Shown: positions 14,150-27,856 of the stretch, piece by piece
Position numbering within the stretch: position 1 is the first letter of the stretch
Layout: every line of letters begins with the position of its first letter
Source of the DNA: Eledone cirrhosa
Taxonomy: Eukaryota
Direction of reading: 5' to 3'
Assembly: GCA_964016885.1 (NCBI GenBank)
Contig: OZ024751.1
Coordinates: forward strand, 43,772,001 to 43,836,000
Length of the DNA: 64,000 nucleotides
The notes under the pieces: generated by a model
Told to the model about the DNA's origin: nothing
The model's database searches: none
Seen by the model: only the letters and a program-made list of their open reading frames with translations
Translations under genes and position numbers: made by a program

Positions 14150-14839
14150 GTATGGTGGTGGGGGTGTTGTGATAGTTTACAAAGTGGTATGGTGGTGGGG
14201 GTGTTGTGATAGTTTACAAAGTGGTATGGTGGTGGGGGTGTTGTGATAGTTTACAAAGTGGTATGGTGGTGGGGGTGTTGTGATAGTTTACAAAGTGGTA
14301 TGGTGGTGGGGGTGTTGTGATAGTTTACAAAGTGGTATGGTGGTGGGGGTGTTGTGATAGTTTACAAAGTGGTATGGTGGTGGGGGTGTTGTGATAGTTT
14401 ACAAAGTGGTATGGTGGTGGGGGTGTTGTGATAGTTTACAAAGTGGTATGGTGGTGGGGGTGTTGTGATAGTTTACAAAGTGGTATGGTGGTGGGGGTGT
14501 TGTGATAGTTTACAAAGTGGTATGGTGGTGGGGGTGTTGTGATAGTTTACAAAGTGGTATGGTGGTGGGGGTGTTGTGATAGTTTACAAAGTGGTATGGT
14601 GGTGGGGGTGTTGTGATAGTTTACAAAGTGGTATGGTGGTGGGGGTGTTGTGATAGTTTACAAAGTGGTATGGTGGTGGGGGTGTTGTGATAGTTTACAA
14701 AGTGGTATGGTGGTGGGGGTGTTGTGATAGTTTACAAAGTGGTATGGTGGTGGGGGTGTTGTGATAGTTTACAAAGTGGTATGGTGGTGGGGGTGTTGTG
14801 ATAGTTTACAAAGTGGTATGGTGGTGGGGGTGTTGTGAT
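14150..14839. repeat. 37-bp minisatellite, ~18.5 apparently identical copies
   Basis: Unit GTATGGTGGTGGGGGTGTTGTGATAGTTTACAAAGTG. Confidence 0.95.
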
Positions 14840-15539
14840 AGTTTACAAAGTGGTATGGTTGTTGTAGTACTCTTGGTAGTGGTGTGCAAACTTGAACAGG
14901 GATGATGTTGCAATGATGATGGTAATGGTGGTGGTGGTGGTGGTACTAGTTAACGGGATTGTCTTGATAATTATTATGGTGGTGGTGGTAGTTGGTATGG
15001 TTGACTTGATGATAGTTATTGTGGTGGTAGTAGTGGTGATAGAAGTTTGTGGTGGTGGTGGTGTCAGTCTGTGGTTGTCTTGGTGGTGGTAGTGGTGGTG
15101 GTGTAAGTCTGGTTATTGTGGTAGTGGTGGTGTAAGTCTGGTTATTGTGGTGGTGGTGGTGTAAGTCTGGTTGTCTTAATGGTGGTAGTGGTGGTGTCAG
15201 TCTGTGGTTGTCTTGATGGTGGTGGTGGTGTACGTCTGTGGTTATTGTGGTGGTGGTGGTGGTGGTGGAACTGTGGTTATTGTGGTGGTAGTGGTGGAAG
15301 TCTGGTTGTCTTGATGGTGGTAGTTGTGGTTTTGATGGTGGCTATGGTGGTGATGGGATAGTTGTAATGTTGAGGATGGCCACTGCGGTGTGATAATGGT
15401 AGTAGGGGTGGTGGTAGTGTGGTGTGTGTATATGTGTTTTAAAGGATGTGTGAATGTATTTGTAAAGTTGTTATGGTCCAACAGATGTGAGATTGATGGG
15501 GTTAATATTTTAGCTTGGACATTTACAGGTCTACATATA

Positions 15540-15582
<43 letters not shown>

Positions 15583-15624
15583 AATGATATTAATAAATGG
15601 AAACTATATTTATAAAACCACATT

Positions 15625-15687
15625 TATTTTATTATATATATTTCAAGGGTACAAAAAAACGTTGGTACGCACTCATCAGATAAAATA
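15625..15687 (-). ncRNA. Minimal type I hammerhead ribozyme motif, same family as 7465
   Basis: Perfect 8-bp helix I UAUUUUAU/AUAAAAUA, CUGAUGA, imperfect helix II with GUAC/GUAC, GAAA-UAUAUAU-A. Downstream flank shared with the 7465 copy. Confidence 0.7.
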
Positions 15688-15779
15688 CAGAATTTGTTTT
15701 ATAAATAGTGACATACCCGAGAAACCAGACCTTATTGGTTCAGGTTCAGTTTGGATATATTATATATATATATAATTAG

Positions 15780-16130
15780 ATAGGGTCTGGTAAAAACCAG
15801 GTAGACCATAACCCACCAGAGTGCTCGATACTTGAGGTAATAGTGGGTAATATGAGAAGATTCAGGACCCGGCCGTTTTGACAGCTAGATCTGGAGCTCA
15901 GCCGTCAGGGCCCTGAATCTTTTCATATATATATATAGGAATGAGTAGGACCCCGACGGCTGAGTTCAAGCCGTTTCAACGGCTAATTCTAGTCCAGAAT
16001 TAACCGTCGAAACGGCTTGAACTCAGCCGTCGGGGTCCTACTCGTTCCTATTACCCACTCTACTACCCTAAGTATTGAGTACTTTGGTGCGTTATGGTCC
16101 ACCTGGTTCCTTACCACATTTCCTTCGTTA
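15780..16130. repeat. Second copy of the foldback element (palindrome ~15935..16051)
   Basis: ATAGGAA.GAGTAGGACCCCGACGGCTGAGTTCAAGCCGTTTC and its reverse complement; same family as 8045..8310. Confidence 0.75.
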
Positions 16131-17124
16131 TATATATATATATGTATGTATAATGAAATTCTGTTATAACGAAATGCAAGGGGTATAAAAAAAATTTTGT
16201 TGTAATGAAAAATTGACCGAAACAAATTGAGCATTTGTTTGTTATTACTTTGGGGATTGAAAAATAATTTGTTATACTGAAAAATTCGTTATAATGGTAG
16301 TGGTGTGTGTGTGTGTGTGTGTGTGTGCCTCTCAGTGCTGTGTTCAGTATTGTATTGTGTGTGTTTATGTTACTTGTCTATGAAATAAGTGTGTGTGAAT
16401 ATAATCACTGAAGCCAACCTTGACCTGCTGACATGGCCAGTACATTTAAACACTCCCCTTCCCTCTCCTCACACATAACACCACAGGTCAGTTAACCACT
16501 CCATTGTCCATTCTTGTAATCAAGACCAGGAATTAAACACACAATTGACCTTTCTCTCTAGAATTTACTATGACTAATAATAACAACAATAACAACAATC
16601 TCTTTTATAATGGGAGCAGTTTCACTAAATTGGGGGGGGGGGGTGCTGCTTTCATTGAATTCAGCTCAATGGTGTTATGTCTGTCTCCCTCACCCTCTCT
16701 TTCACCCCTCCCCCCTATTATCCCTGTATATATCATCATCATCATCAACGTTTGGTGTCCATTTTTCCATGCTTGTATGGGTTAGACAGGTCGTCCATGC
16801 CGGGAGGCACGTCTGGCCAGAGTTGACCATATCGCACCTTGTTCTGGCAAGGACTGTAGATTTGGCCAGGTATTTTACAGCTCGATGCCCTTCCTAACAC
16901 CAACCACATTTACAGTACTATACGAGAGAGAGAGAGAGAGAGCGAGCGTTTGTGGTGCTGAGATCGAAGGGACCACCAATCATGGAAGTACTCGGTGCAT
17001 GGGGAGATGTAGAGTGGGTAGAAAGGCAGATATAAACCCCAACTGTGGCACCGCATACATGCCGAAACCGCTTGCCATCACAGTTGGGGATTAAACCTAT
17101 TTCTATATTTATATGCATTCCTTG

Positions 17125-17435
17125 TAAGGTGGTAGCGTTGGTGCCACAATAACAGACACTCAGTTCACCTTGTAATATGGTTGAGATGGTGCCGTGATAA
17201 AAATCTCACAGTCTGCCCTGTAAGGTGGTAGTGTTGGTGCCGTGATAAAAATCTCAGTCTGCCCTGTAAGGTGGTAGTGTTGGTGCCGTGATAAAAATCT
17301 CAGTCTGCCCTGTAAGGTGGTAGTGTTGGTGCCGTGATAAAAATCTCAGTCTGCCCTGTAAGGTGGTAGTGTTGGTGCCATGATAAAAATCTCAGTCTGC
17401 ACTGTAAGGTGGTAGTGTTGGTGCCACGATAAAAA
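17125..17435 (+). repeat. 46-bp tandem repeat derived from the SINE A internal unit
   Basis: Unit GGTGCCGTGATAAAAATCTCAGTCTGCCCTGTAAGGTGGTAGTGTT, followed by the SINE block AAGAAGGCATCCAACCGTAGAAA. Confidence 0.8.
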
Positions 17436-18340
17436 TGTTTCTAGTACATGTAACATGGCTGACATTAAGAAGGCATCCAACCGTAGAAATTGTATCAAAA
17501 ATACAAGCATATAAAAATTGACATTAATGATATGTGATGATATGTGTGTGTATAATATATATATAAGTATGTATACGTACAAACATATATGTATACAAAT
17601 GCACAGTAGTATGTATATATATATATATATACATACATGCACACGTATATATGTACGTATGGATTCACCAAACATTTATTATAATGCTCGGTGTGTTTGT
17701 AAACAAACATCCCGTATTAAGCCGTAGTGTCCAGCAACCATCGTTGCTCATTTGTTCAACACTGACAAAGGAACGCTGTACTAGTTTCAAGCTTATTAGC
17801 TATCGTCAGCAACGAATACCTTCCTGCCAGATGATTGAACGTCTGAAAGCATATACTTTCCTTATGCATATTAACGGCAGAGCAGCCCAATTTGCATATC
17901 GAGTGGGTTAATCGGCCGGGTGCACCGAAAACGATAAACGGAAAAAATGAAACAAAATATATAAATACACACACATATATATATGTGTGTGTGTGTGATT
18001 ATGGACTGTGTAAATGTGACACTAATGTTTAGCTACATGACACTTGATGTTGTCTTTTGTTAGGATGTGTTCATATCTTTAGTTCATCTCTGTTGCTTCA
18101 CTGGCCAGCCAGACACAGTCAGGCTGATAGTGTAGGCCAGACATAGGTAGATAGTTTAGGATAGTATGGGATAGATTGACTGATAGTATGGGACAGATAT
18201 ATAATATAGGTTCTATATGAGGAAGACATGGTCCCCTGATCTGACTTCTCTCACAACAGGACTAGTCTTCTAACACATGCTAGCGTGGAAAATGGACATT
18301 AAACAATGGTGATGAGGATGATGATGATATATACATATAT

Positions 18341-18713
18341 GGAGCAATGTGAAATAAAGTGTCTTGCTCAAGGAAACAACACATCACCCGGTTCAATTCT
18401 CAGACCAGGTAATGTGTTGTTTCCTTGAGCAAGACATTTTATTTCACATTGCTCCAGTTTACTGTAGAAATGAGATGATAGGGACTGGGGTCCCTATCAT
18501 TACACGGCAAAGTGGTCGTGGAGGTGCCACAGCAAAAAAAGCACCCAGCCCACACTGTAATTTGGACGTGTAGGCACCACGGAAAAAAAGCACCCAGCTC
18601 TCACTGTAAATGAAGTTGGTGTTAGGAAGGGCATCCAGCTGTAGAAATCAAGCCAGAATCAGTTCCCGTCCCACCCTTGAAAGCAGGGAAAAGCGGACGT
18701 AAAATGATGATGA
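18341..18713 (+). mobile_element. SINE family A copy with a 5' inversion
   Basis: Same body and tail as 7559..7900. The first ~50 nt are an inverted duplicate of the CORE-like segment. Confidence 0.7.
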
Positions 18714-19138
18714 TATATATATATATATGAGAGGGGGAGAGAGGGAGATGTGAAAAGCAAGTTACATAACTCTGCTTGAGTCAGTCTCTCTGAATTTAAA
18801 GAACTTCCCAACCCATTTCTGGCACTGAAGACCTGATTTAAGAAAATATTAATAAACAATTACAACTGGGAGACATAATTAACCTCACCTTTCAGACACT
18901 TAATTAAATTGCTCATCTGAGTAATGAGCACACCTTTGCTTCTTTATTGATTAGTTCTGTTTGCCAATTCTCCACCTTATGTGGTAGTTTTGAGGTCATT
19001 GGATTAAAAATATATCTAGGTATTTGTTCTGGTTCATTGTGTTCTGAGTTCAAATCCTGTCGAGATCAACTTTGCCTTTCAACATCAGAGCCACACGCTA
19101 AGTTACTATCTTAGTAAATAAATGATTAACTGTATTAA

Positions 19139-19316
19139 CCCTTTAGCATTTAAACTGGCCATATCCGGCCAGAATTATCTCACCTCTTTCTGTTCAAACT
19201 GGCTGTAACTGTCCTCTCATACTTATGTTAAGGTATTATGTGAGATAATTATATGAGGTAAAGCCTTTACCATGAAAATAGAATAGTAAATATAGAGTAA
19301 TGTAAATGCTAAAGGG
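19139..19316. mobile_element. piggyBac-type MITE
   Basis: 14-bp TIRs CCCTTTAGCATTTA / TAAATGCTAAAGGG, flanked by TTAA on both sides. Confidence 0.85.
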
Positions 19317-19998
19317 TTAAATACCTCAAAACTCTTCATTAGTTAATTGAAATACAGGGTTCCCATTTGAATTATAGGTACAACTCATTTTTGCCAACTG
19401 AGTGGACTGGGGCAACATGAAATAAAGTGCCTTGCTCAAGGACACAATGTACCACCAGGAATCGAACTCACAAACTTACGATTGTAAGCCAAATATTCTA
19501 ACCACAAAGCCATGCACCTTCACACAATGATATGATTAATAACTATAGTAAATTCCTCATTAATTAATTGAAATAGTGTATTTCATTTGGAACACGACCA
19601 AAAGAGGGTTAAAGAGCTCCCATCCTCTTCTAGAATGACCAATACAATGAATTTGCAGTATAATATGCAGTCTAAGGTGTTTGGCATTTGGTAGCACCTG
19701 TTTGCTTTATATCTTTGAGGATGGACCACTCATAGAATTCCATACATTCTCATTAAAACAACAACATCAACAACAGACAATTATGTAAAGTTAGTGGAAC
19801 ATAATTACATCATTATCAATATCTGGGAGGGTCTGTTTAGATATAAATAGAACTACTAAAGGGGATGGACAACTGTCCATACATAAACTGTGTATGTGTA
19901 TACATGCATGTGTATGTATATACATATATATATATATATATATATACATACATACAGATAGAGATATAATATAAATATATGTATAGCTATATATATAG

Positions 19999-20043
<45 letters not shown>

Positions 20044-20072
20044 TGTATGTGAGAGATACACATATATACAGT

Positions 20073-20142
<70 letters not shown>

Positions 20143-21498
20143 TGCTTTTGTGTGAATCACACATTCCTTAACTGATTTCTCTGGTCAGTTGCCAAAAGGA
20201 TTTCTTCTTATTCCAATGTTACTGAATCTTCCTATAACCTTTGTAATTCTTTACCCAACTGTTGATGTTGGTGCTTTCTATAGTAAAGAATTCCTTTACA
20301 CTACATTGCCATGTTGAATGACCACTTTGCTACCCCCCCCCCTTCTCTTTCTTTCTCTCTCATGTAATATATATATGTGTGTGTGTGTGTGTATATGTAT
20401 ATAACTGTTAATCTGTTCAGAATGTGTGTGTGTATGTATATATATAATGTGTCTGTATGTAGTATTAGGAAGGGCATCCAGCTGTAGAAACCAACCCAAA
20501 ATCATTTCTGTATGAACAAGACACAGTCATCTCATCTGGCTTGTCTCACAACGGGACAAGCCATCTAACTCATGCTAGCGTGGAGGAACGGACGTTAAAC
20601 AGTGATGATGATTTTATATTATATATATATTAATGTATATATATATATTAATGTATATATTAATGTATATATATATATTAATGTATATATTAATGTATAT
20701 ATATATATTAATGTATATATTAATGTATATATATATATTAATGTATATATATATATTAATGTATATACATATATTAATGTATATATATATGTATATACAT
20801 ATATTTATGTATATACACACACACACATACACACACTCGTTCTCTCACTTTCTTTCTCTCATACTCTCTTACTCTCTTACTTGATACAGACTTTCTGTAA
20901 ACACAAATGAGTTGTTTCCCTTGAACATTACCTGGTCTATTGTGCTCTATTTGAAACCATGAGGATCTCTCTCTGTTGTATTGGGCTTCATGCAGCGCTT
21001 CATACTTCCACCCATACTTCACATTCAACCCTTCATAATAACATTTCTGGGCCTCTTCTTGGTATGATATCGGTGAGGCTAAGTACAACACTTTCTAAAC
21101 ACATATTTCCCCAATAATATCTAGATTTACACTGATACACTACCTTGCAGTCTCGTACAACCTCTGATTATCTTAGAGTATAACATATGTGGTCTTAGGT
21201 TCTATCCCACTGTGTAGAACCTCGGGCAAATGTCTTTTATTCTGAGGCTTTTTGAGTGAATTTGGTAAATAGAAACTCTAAATAAGCTCATTTTATCGTG
21301 GTTCTTATTTGAACTTATCCATGCTGGCATGGGTTGGGTGGGACCTTTGAGGCAATCTTAGTCAGTAGCCCCACTTGAGTACTGATTTGGTCTGTGTAGA
21401 CATTCCCAACCCTTGACTAGTTGGAAAACATGGAAAGTTCACATCATGAAGAGCATCAAGCCATAGAGTTTTGTCTAACCTATGAGGAAATGATGGTG

Positions 21499-21542
<44 letters not shown>

Positions 21543-21639
21543 TTTACCCACATACATGTATATAAACGGAAACAAAAAGCAAACAATGCTACAATGAAGA
21601 AATATATTAGTTTAATGCTTGATATAGTAAGAAAAGTGG

Positions 21640-21674
21640 CTTTATGTTTCAGACACTAGTCCTTCATCAGAAGA
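21640..21674 (-). ncRNA. Degenerate hammerhead motif, second family
   Basis: UCUU-CUGAUGA-A-GGACuaguGUCU-GAAAC-AUA-AAG; the helix III CG has decayed to CA. Confidence 0.45.
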
Positions 21675-21760
21675 TTGAATGAGAAATATAAGAGGAACTA
21701 ATAAGATAGTGAGAATAGGAAGGAAGAGAAAAAAGTTTAAGATAAAGCAACACGCACACG

Positions 21761-21876
<116 letters not shown>

Positions 21877-22483
21877 TTGATAACTTTCTGTCTTCACTCA
21901 TTAAACCACACCTTCACTATTTAATCACTAAATTAATATACTCCTCACCTGTATAATTCTTTGTGTAACATTCATTGATGTGAAATCTCTCCAGCCCCAC
22001 CTCATTCAGGCTGTGTTCACACTCTCTCCAACCCCACCTCACACTCAGCTCTACCGCACATCCACCCTCTCCAACCCCACCTCACACTCAGCCCCATCAC
22101 ACACTCACCAATCACCAGCTCCATCTCACCCTCAGTTCGTGCTTACACCCTCTCTAGACCCACATCATGCTCAGTCTGTGCTCACACCCAACATGACAAA
22201 GTCCAGCCAACCTTCAGCTATATTTGGAATGGGCTATAAAACCAAACCTCCTTTAAGTAGTCTCACACAAGGTTAAGCCATTCATTCATTCACCAACCTC
22301 AAGTGAGGAAAAGAGGAACTGATTTTGGCACTGCAAACCACCTAAACTACGCTTGAGTTTGCTCTTGATTCTGGTCCTCCAGATATTTACTTTTACTTGC
22401 TTTCTTAACACACACACATGCACACTCAGACATAAACCAAAGTGACACTTTCTCATACAGAAATACATATAGTATTTTTATCT

Positions 22484-22519
<36 letters not shown>

Positions 22520-22760
22520 GTTATATTCCATTGCATAACTATATTCAGGCACATAAGAAACTTACACAACTGCACATGCATGCACACATATAATCACATG
22601 TACACAGAGGTACACACACATAAACATATATTTCTATTGACAAATTATTGGAGAGTTTGAAAGAGAAGAGAACTGTGGTGTGAAACATGGCTTTCTCTTC
22701 TTCATCTTCGTTATCGTTGTCGCTGTCTGGATGTTATTGTTGCTGTTGTTTGTGTTGCAG

Positions 22761-22992
22761 TAAAAATACAACTGGTATGGGTGCCAGTGTAGAAGAACTT
22801 CAACAGGGTATCATGGAGTTAGATCTGGATGAGAAACAACGGAAGCGTTTGGAAGAATTCCTGAGGAAGAAGCAGCAAATCGGAGAATTGACTATCGATG
22901 ACATAGACAAAATTGGGGAACTTGGTTCCGGCAATGGAGGTGTGGTCCTGAAAGTGCGACACAAATCAACGAATCTGTTGATGGCTCATAAG
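22761..22992 (+). CDS. MAP2K1: MEK1/2 exon 2 (negative regulatory helix, Gly-rich loop GSGNGG, catalytic Lys)
   Basis: TTGCAG acceptor and AAG|GTAGGT donor. Encodes [16 protein letters not shown]...[26 protein letters not shown]. Confidence 0.97.
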
Positions 22993-23029
22993 GTAGGTGA
23001 AATATACTGTCAAATTCTTGGGGGTTTTT

Positions 23030-23062
<33 letters not shown>

Positions 23063-23581
23063 CCTACAGTACAGTTTGTGAAGACAATCATAATGTTGTG
23101 GGTTTGATTCCTCAACTGAGTTGTGTGTTGTGTTCTTCAGCAAAACAAGTCATTTCATGTTGCTCCAGTTTACTTAGCTGAAAATGAGTACCAGCAGCAA
23201 TAGCTGGGGGTTTAACCCTACGATGGACTGGCAACTTGTCCAGGGGAACTGTTGTGCTCTCAGTCATATCATATCATGAAAACTGGGAAATGCACTGCTC
23301 TGATGAGCCTCTGGTCTCAAGACAGGCTTAAGACTTTCTAAACTACAGACAGATGGTCATCTTTTTTCTCTCTTTTCACTAAGTAGTTGTTTGGTCTGCT
23401 TCTTTACATACTGAGGTCAGATCTCACTGAGGCCAACTTTACCTTCCAACCTTCCAAGGTTGTTGATAAAATATCAGTTCAGTACTAGAATTGATATATC
23501 CCCCCCCCCCTTCTCTCTTTCTCTCTCTTTCTCTTTCTCTCTTTCTCTCTCTCTCTTTCTTTCTCTCTCTTTCTCTCTCTT

Positions 23582-23613
<32 letters not shown>

Positions 23614-23631
23614 TCTCTTTTCTCTCTCTCT

Positions 23632-23736
<105 letters not shown>

Positions 23737-23979
23737 CTTTGTGTTATGAGAAGGGACCTCCCTTTTTCAGAAATGGAGAAAGGTTGAGTGGGGATCTAAC
23801 AACCTCTTCTCATAATAATAATAATAATAATGTCGTTGAATTAACAATAAAAAAGAAAATATCTTGGTATTTGCTCCGGCTCACTGGGTTCTGGGTTCAA
23901 ATCCTGTTGAGATCAACTATAGTTTTCATCCTTTTTATAATAACAATGATGATGATGATATTTGTGTTTCTGTTTGCAG

Positions 23980-24126
23980 CTTATTCATTTAGAAGTGAAA
24001 CCCTCGGTACGGAATCAAATATTTCGAGAACTCAAAGTACTCCATGAGTGTAACTCACCGTATATTGTAGGCTTTTATACGGCGTTCTTCTGTGATGGTG
24101 AAATCAATATATGCATGGAATATATG
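23980..24126 (+). CDS. MAP2K1: MEK1/2 exon 3 (alphaC helix to hinge)
   Basis: 147 nt, AG/GTGAGT boundaries. [49 protein letters not shown]. Confidence 0.97.
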
Positions 24127-25013
24127 GTGAGTAGCATTTATATAAACACACATGACAAAAAAATCACCCAGTCCACACTGTAAAGCAGTCGTATAGGCAC
24201 CATAGTAAAAAAAAAATCACCCAGTCCACACTATAAATGAGGTTGGTGTTAGGAAGGGCATCCAGCTGTAGAAATCAAGCCAAAATCAGTCTGTATGAGC
24301 AAGACATGGTCTCTTGACCTGGCATTGCCCACAACAGGACACCTGTCTGACCCATGATAGCGTGCAAGAATGGATGTAAAATGGTGACGATGATGATGAC
24401 AAACCAACACACACACACCAACAATCTTAGGCAAGACAGCAAGTACATCTTAATGCCCACAGTCTCTGTTTCTCATCAAGGTTTGTAGGTTTTCCGTGTC
24501 AATTCCAGTTTCTCTGGTTATGTCTGAGCTTTCTGTTTTCTAATCCATCACCCAAGAACACAAGTTGTCCGGTCCAGGAATCAAACACACGACCTTATTA
24601 TCATGAGTTTAACGCCCTAATTTCTAGGCCACTATATATATGGAATGTACAGTTAATAGTATTTATAGTACACATTTCCTGTTTGTGATAATCACATTAG
24701 GCGCAGCCGTGACTTTTGCAATCACATGGTTTCAGGTTTCCGGTTCTGTCCCACTGCATGGCTCCTTAAATAAGGGTCTCCCTACTAAGGCTTCAGGCCA
24801 ACTAGTGTCTTGTCAGTGAATATGGAGCCAAATACAGGTGTGTGTGTGTGTGTGTGTGTGTGTGTCAGTGTCCATATGTGTATGGAAGTGTGATTGTGTG
24901 TATGTGTGTGGAAGTGATGATGATGATGAATTAATAAATAATTGAAAAACAAATAAAAAAACCCAGTAACTATTGTTGTATAAACTTAAGAGATTCCCTT
25001 CCATTCTTGTCAG

Positions 25014-25091
25014 GATGGCGGCTCTTTGGATTTGATACTTAAAAAGGCAGGCAGGATTCCTGAACCAATTTTAGGGAAAATAACAATAGCT
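25014..25091 (+). CDS. MAP2K1: MEK1/2 exon 4
   Basis: 78 nt, CAG/GTAAGT boundaries. [26 protein letters not shown]. Confidence 0.97.
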
Positions 25092-25978
25092 GTAAGTATA
25101 AAGCCTATTTTTTAATTTTTACTGTTTATATTTAATGTTGTTCTTATTATTATCAGACCTATGGTAAAAGTGCATCTAGGACTATATTATTGAATCGACA
25201 GTCAATCGACTTTCGTCAAATCGGACCGAGGGAACAATGTTTCCATTGGTCTTTCTAATTGCTAATACTCTCTATCGGTCGCAACTCCAGGTAGAAGGAG
25301 CAGCGTAAAATAAAGTGTCTTGCCCAAGGACATAACTCATCGACCGGTCTGGCATTCGAACTTACAGCCTCACAATTTGCAATCCAATTATCTAACCACT
25401 CAGTCCCCCCCGCCCCCCAAAAAGTCCACCATGTAAGGTGGTAGTGCTGATGCCATGATAAAAAAGCACCCAGTCCTACCCTGTACAGTGGTAGTGCAGA
25501 TGTCATGATAAAAGGCTCCCAGTATATGCTGTAAAGTGGTTGGGCATTAGCTATAGTACATCCAACCAAAATGTAGCGTATGAACTAGATATGGCCACCT
25601 GAGTGGATTAGCTGCTGTTTACATGACAACCTGTCAAACCCATGCAAGCATGGACAACAGATGTTAAACGAGGTTGATGATGATGATCTTGTTCCAACAG
25701 ACTATGTTCAAAGATGTTCCAGCCATGACCATCCTATCTTATTCATTTTTTTTTTTTTTTTTTTTTTTTTAGACCTTATATATCGAAGACGATATTATTA
25801 TTGGCGGTGTGGTTGGTTTATAATCCATTGACAACAGGGTGGTTTATAATCCTCTCTTTATAAAGTTGGTGCCATAGAATCATTGCCTACTGTATCTTTC
25901 TTGCAAGACATAATAATGATGATGATGATGATTTTCAAATTTTATTCCATGTCTTGTTTCTATTTTACTTTGGTTTAG

Positions 25979-26030
25979 GTTATGAAAGGTTTGAATTATT
26001 TGCGTGAAAAACACCAGATCATGCATCGAG
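25979..26030 (+). CDS. MAP2K1: MEK1/2 exon 5
   Basis: 52 nt, TAG/GTAAGT boundaries. VMKGLNYLREKHQIMHR(D). Confidence 0.97.
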
Positions 26031-26051
26031 GTAAGTCTTATATATTTCTGA

Positions 26052-26312
<261 letters not shown>

Positions 26313-26420
26313 TAGGTATATATATGTATGTATTTAAAAGGTAAACAGAAATAACAACACAAACGGTACAGTGTATGGAAGGAATATATTAGTTTAATGC
26401 ACAAAATAGCAGAAAGAGGG

Positions 26421-26456
26421 TCTTAACGTTTCAGACGCTAGTCCTTCATCAGAAGA
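26421..26456 (-). ncRNA. Minimal type I hammerhead motif, second family
   Basis: UCUU-CUGAUGA-A-GGAC-uagc-GUCU-GAAAC-GUU-AAGA. The AACGUU palindrome allows only a dimeric helix III. Confidence 0.6.
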
Positions 26457-26700
26457 AAGAACGTATATTTCAGTTACCGAGGCGATAGTACAAAACGTGT
26501 ACCATCGTTCGGTTGCTCTTATTACTCAATCGATAAAAAAACGTTTTTATGTTTAACATGTATTACGTAGTTTCTATAGAATAAAACTATTATCTGCAAC
26601 TATATGTACGTATATGTATCTATGAATGTATATCTATGTATATATAGGAATGTATATGTATGTTTAAAGCACATATGTAATTCCTTTTCTTTGCTGACAG

Positions 26701-26890
26701 CCTGAACGATTACAAGGTACTCAATACACAGTCCAGTCTGACATATGGAGTGTTGGTCTATCGTTAGTGGAGATGGCTATTGGTCGGTATCCTATCCCCC
26801 CGCCAGACCCAGAACATTTGGAAAGCATATTTGGTGATAATTGTATGGAAGAACATCGGGAAGCTGCAATTACCGGGAAACCATTAAAAG
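26701..26890 (+). CDS. MAP2K1: MEK1/2 exon 7
   Basis: 190 nt. [45 protein letters not shown]...TGKPLK. Donor AAG|GTGATT, phase 1. Confidence 0.93.
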
Positions 26891-27187
26891 GTGATTCATT
26901 CATTAATGTTTGAATTAATTTGTCTTCAAGAATAATTATTTTCGTTTGTTTGTTTGAAGAGGCCAAGCTTTTTAGGCAGCTGCGGGTTGTGGCCTCTCTT
27001 CTTGATTAATTGGTAGAGCCATTAGACGGTCAGATAGGATGCCTTGTGGTATTCATTCCGGCTCTCTCTGAGTTCAGATCACTTCAAGGTCAACATTGAC
27101 TTTCAGCCTTTCAAGGTCGATAAAATACTAGTCTAATACTGGGGTCGATTCTTCCTGTACATGTTTTCTCACTTCATCTTTTTTTTT

Positions 27188-27232
<45 letters not shown>

Positions 27233-27856
27233 GGAAGAAATCAGCTATGTTCAGATCTGGAGAGGGAATGGGCTCCACTTAGTTTAAAATACCCCAAACG
27301 ATGTCCTTACAACTCCATCAGGAGTACTGGGCCACACAGCCTCTCTACAATGACTGGTTCAGAATGAGAGATATGAAATATGTAAATGAAATAGTTGAAT
27401 TCTTTGGAAGGTCCTCTAAACCCTTTGTTTAGCAAACTTTCCACAGTTGGATGCCTTTTCTATCATCAGCCACTTTACATTGTGTATTGGGTGTGTTCAT
27501 TGTGTAGATCACCAATATTAGGTCCTCCTGACACCTTGTTTGGCAAGTTTTCTACAGCTGGATGCCCTTCCTTTCACCAACCACATTACAGTGTGTATAG
27601 GGTGCATTATGTAGCTCACCAACACTAAAGAGATTATGTCCTTGTCTTAGCTGAAGAGTCAACATTCTATATATTCTTTATTATAGTTGTATAATTTCAT
27701 ATTGTATCCTTAGCTACATTGTATTAAATCTATTGTTTTGTTTTTTCATATTAAAAATAAGTGAGGCTTGGGTTCCTTCTGATTTATCAGACGGCCACCA
27801 TATTCAACATTCATCATCATCATCATCATCATCATTCATACTCAGGTGTCTTATTA

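Noticed and set aside
20895-21090. Possible LINE RT fragment on - (GFK*STIDQV-like)
   Set aside because: Too short and degraded to support without a search.
24058-24093. Apparent activating substitutions in exon 3 (GFYTAFFC)
   Set aside because: By human numbering P124, G128 and Y130 are conserved. The changes are at G131, Y134 and S135, not those hotspots.
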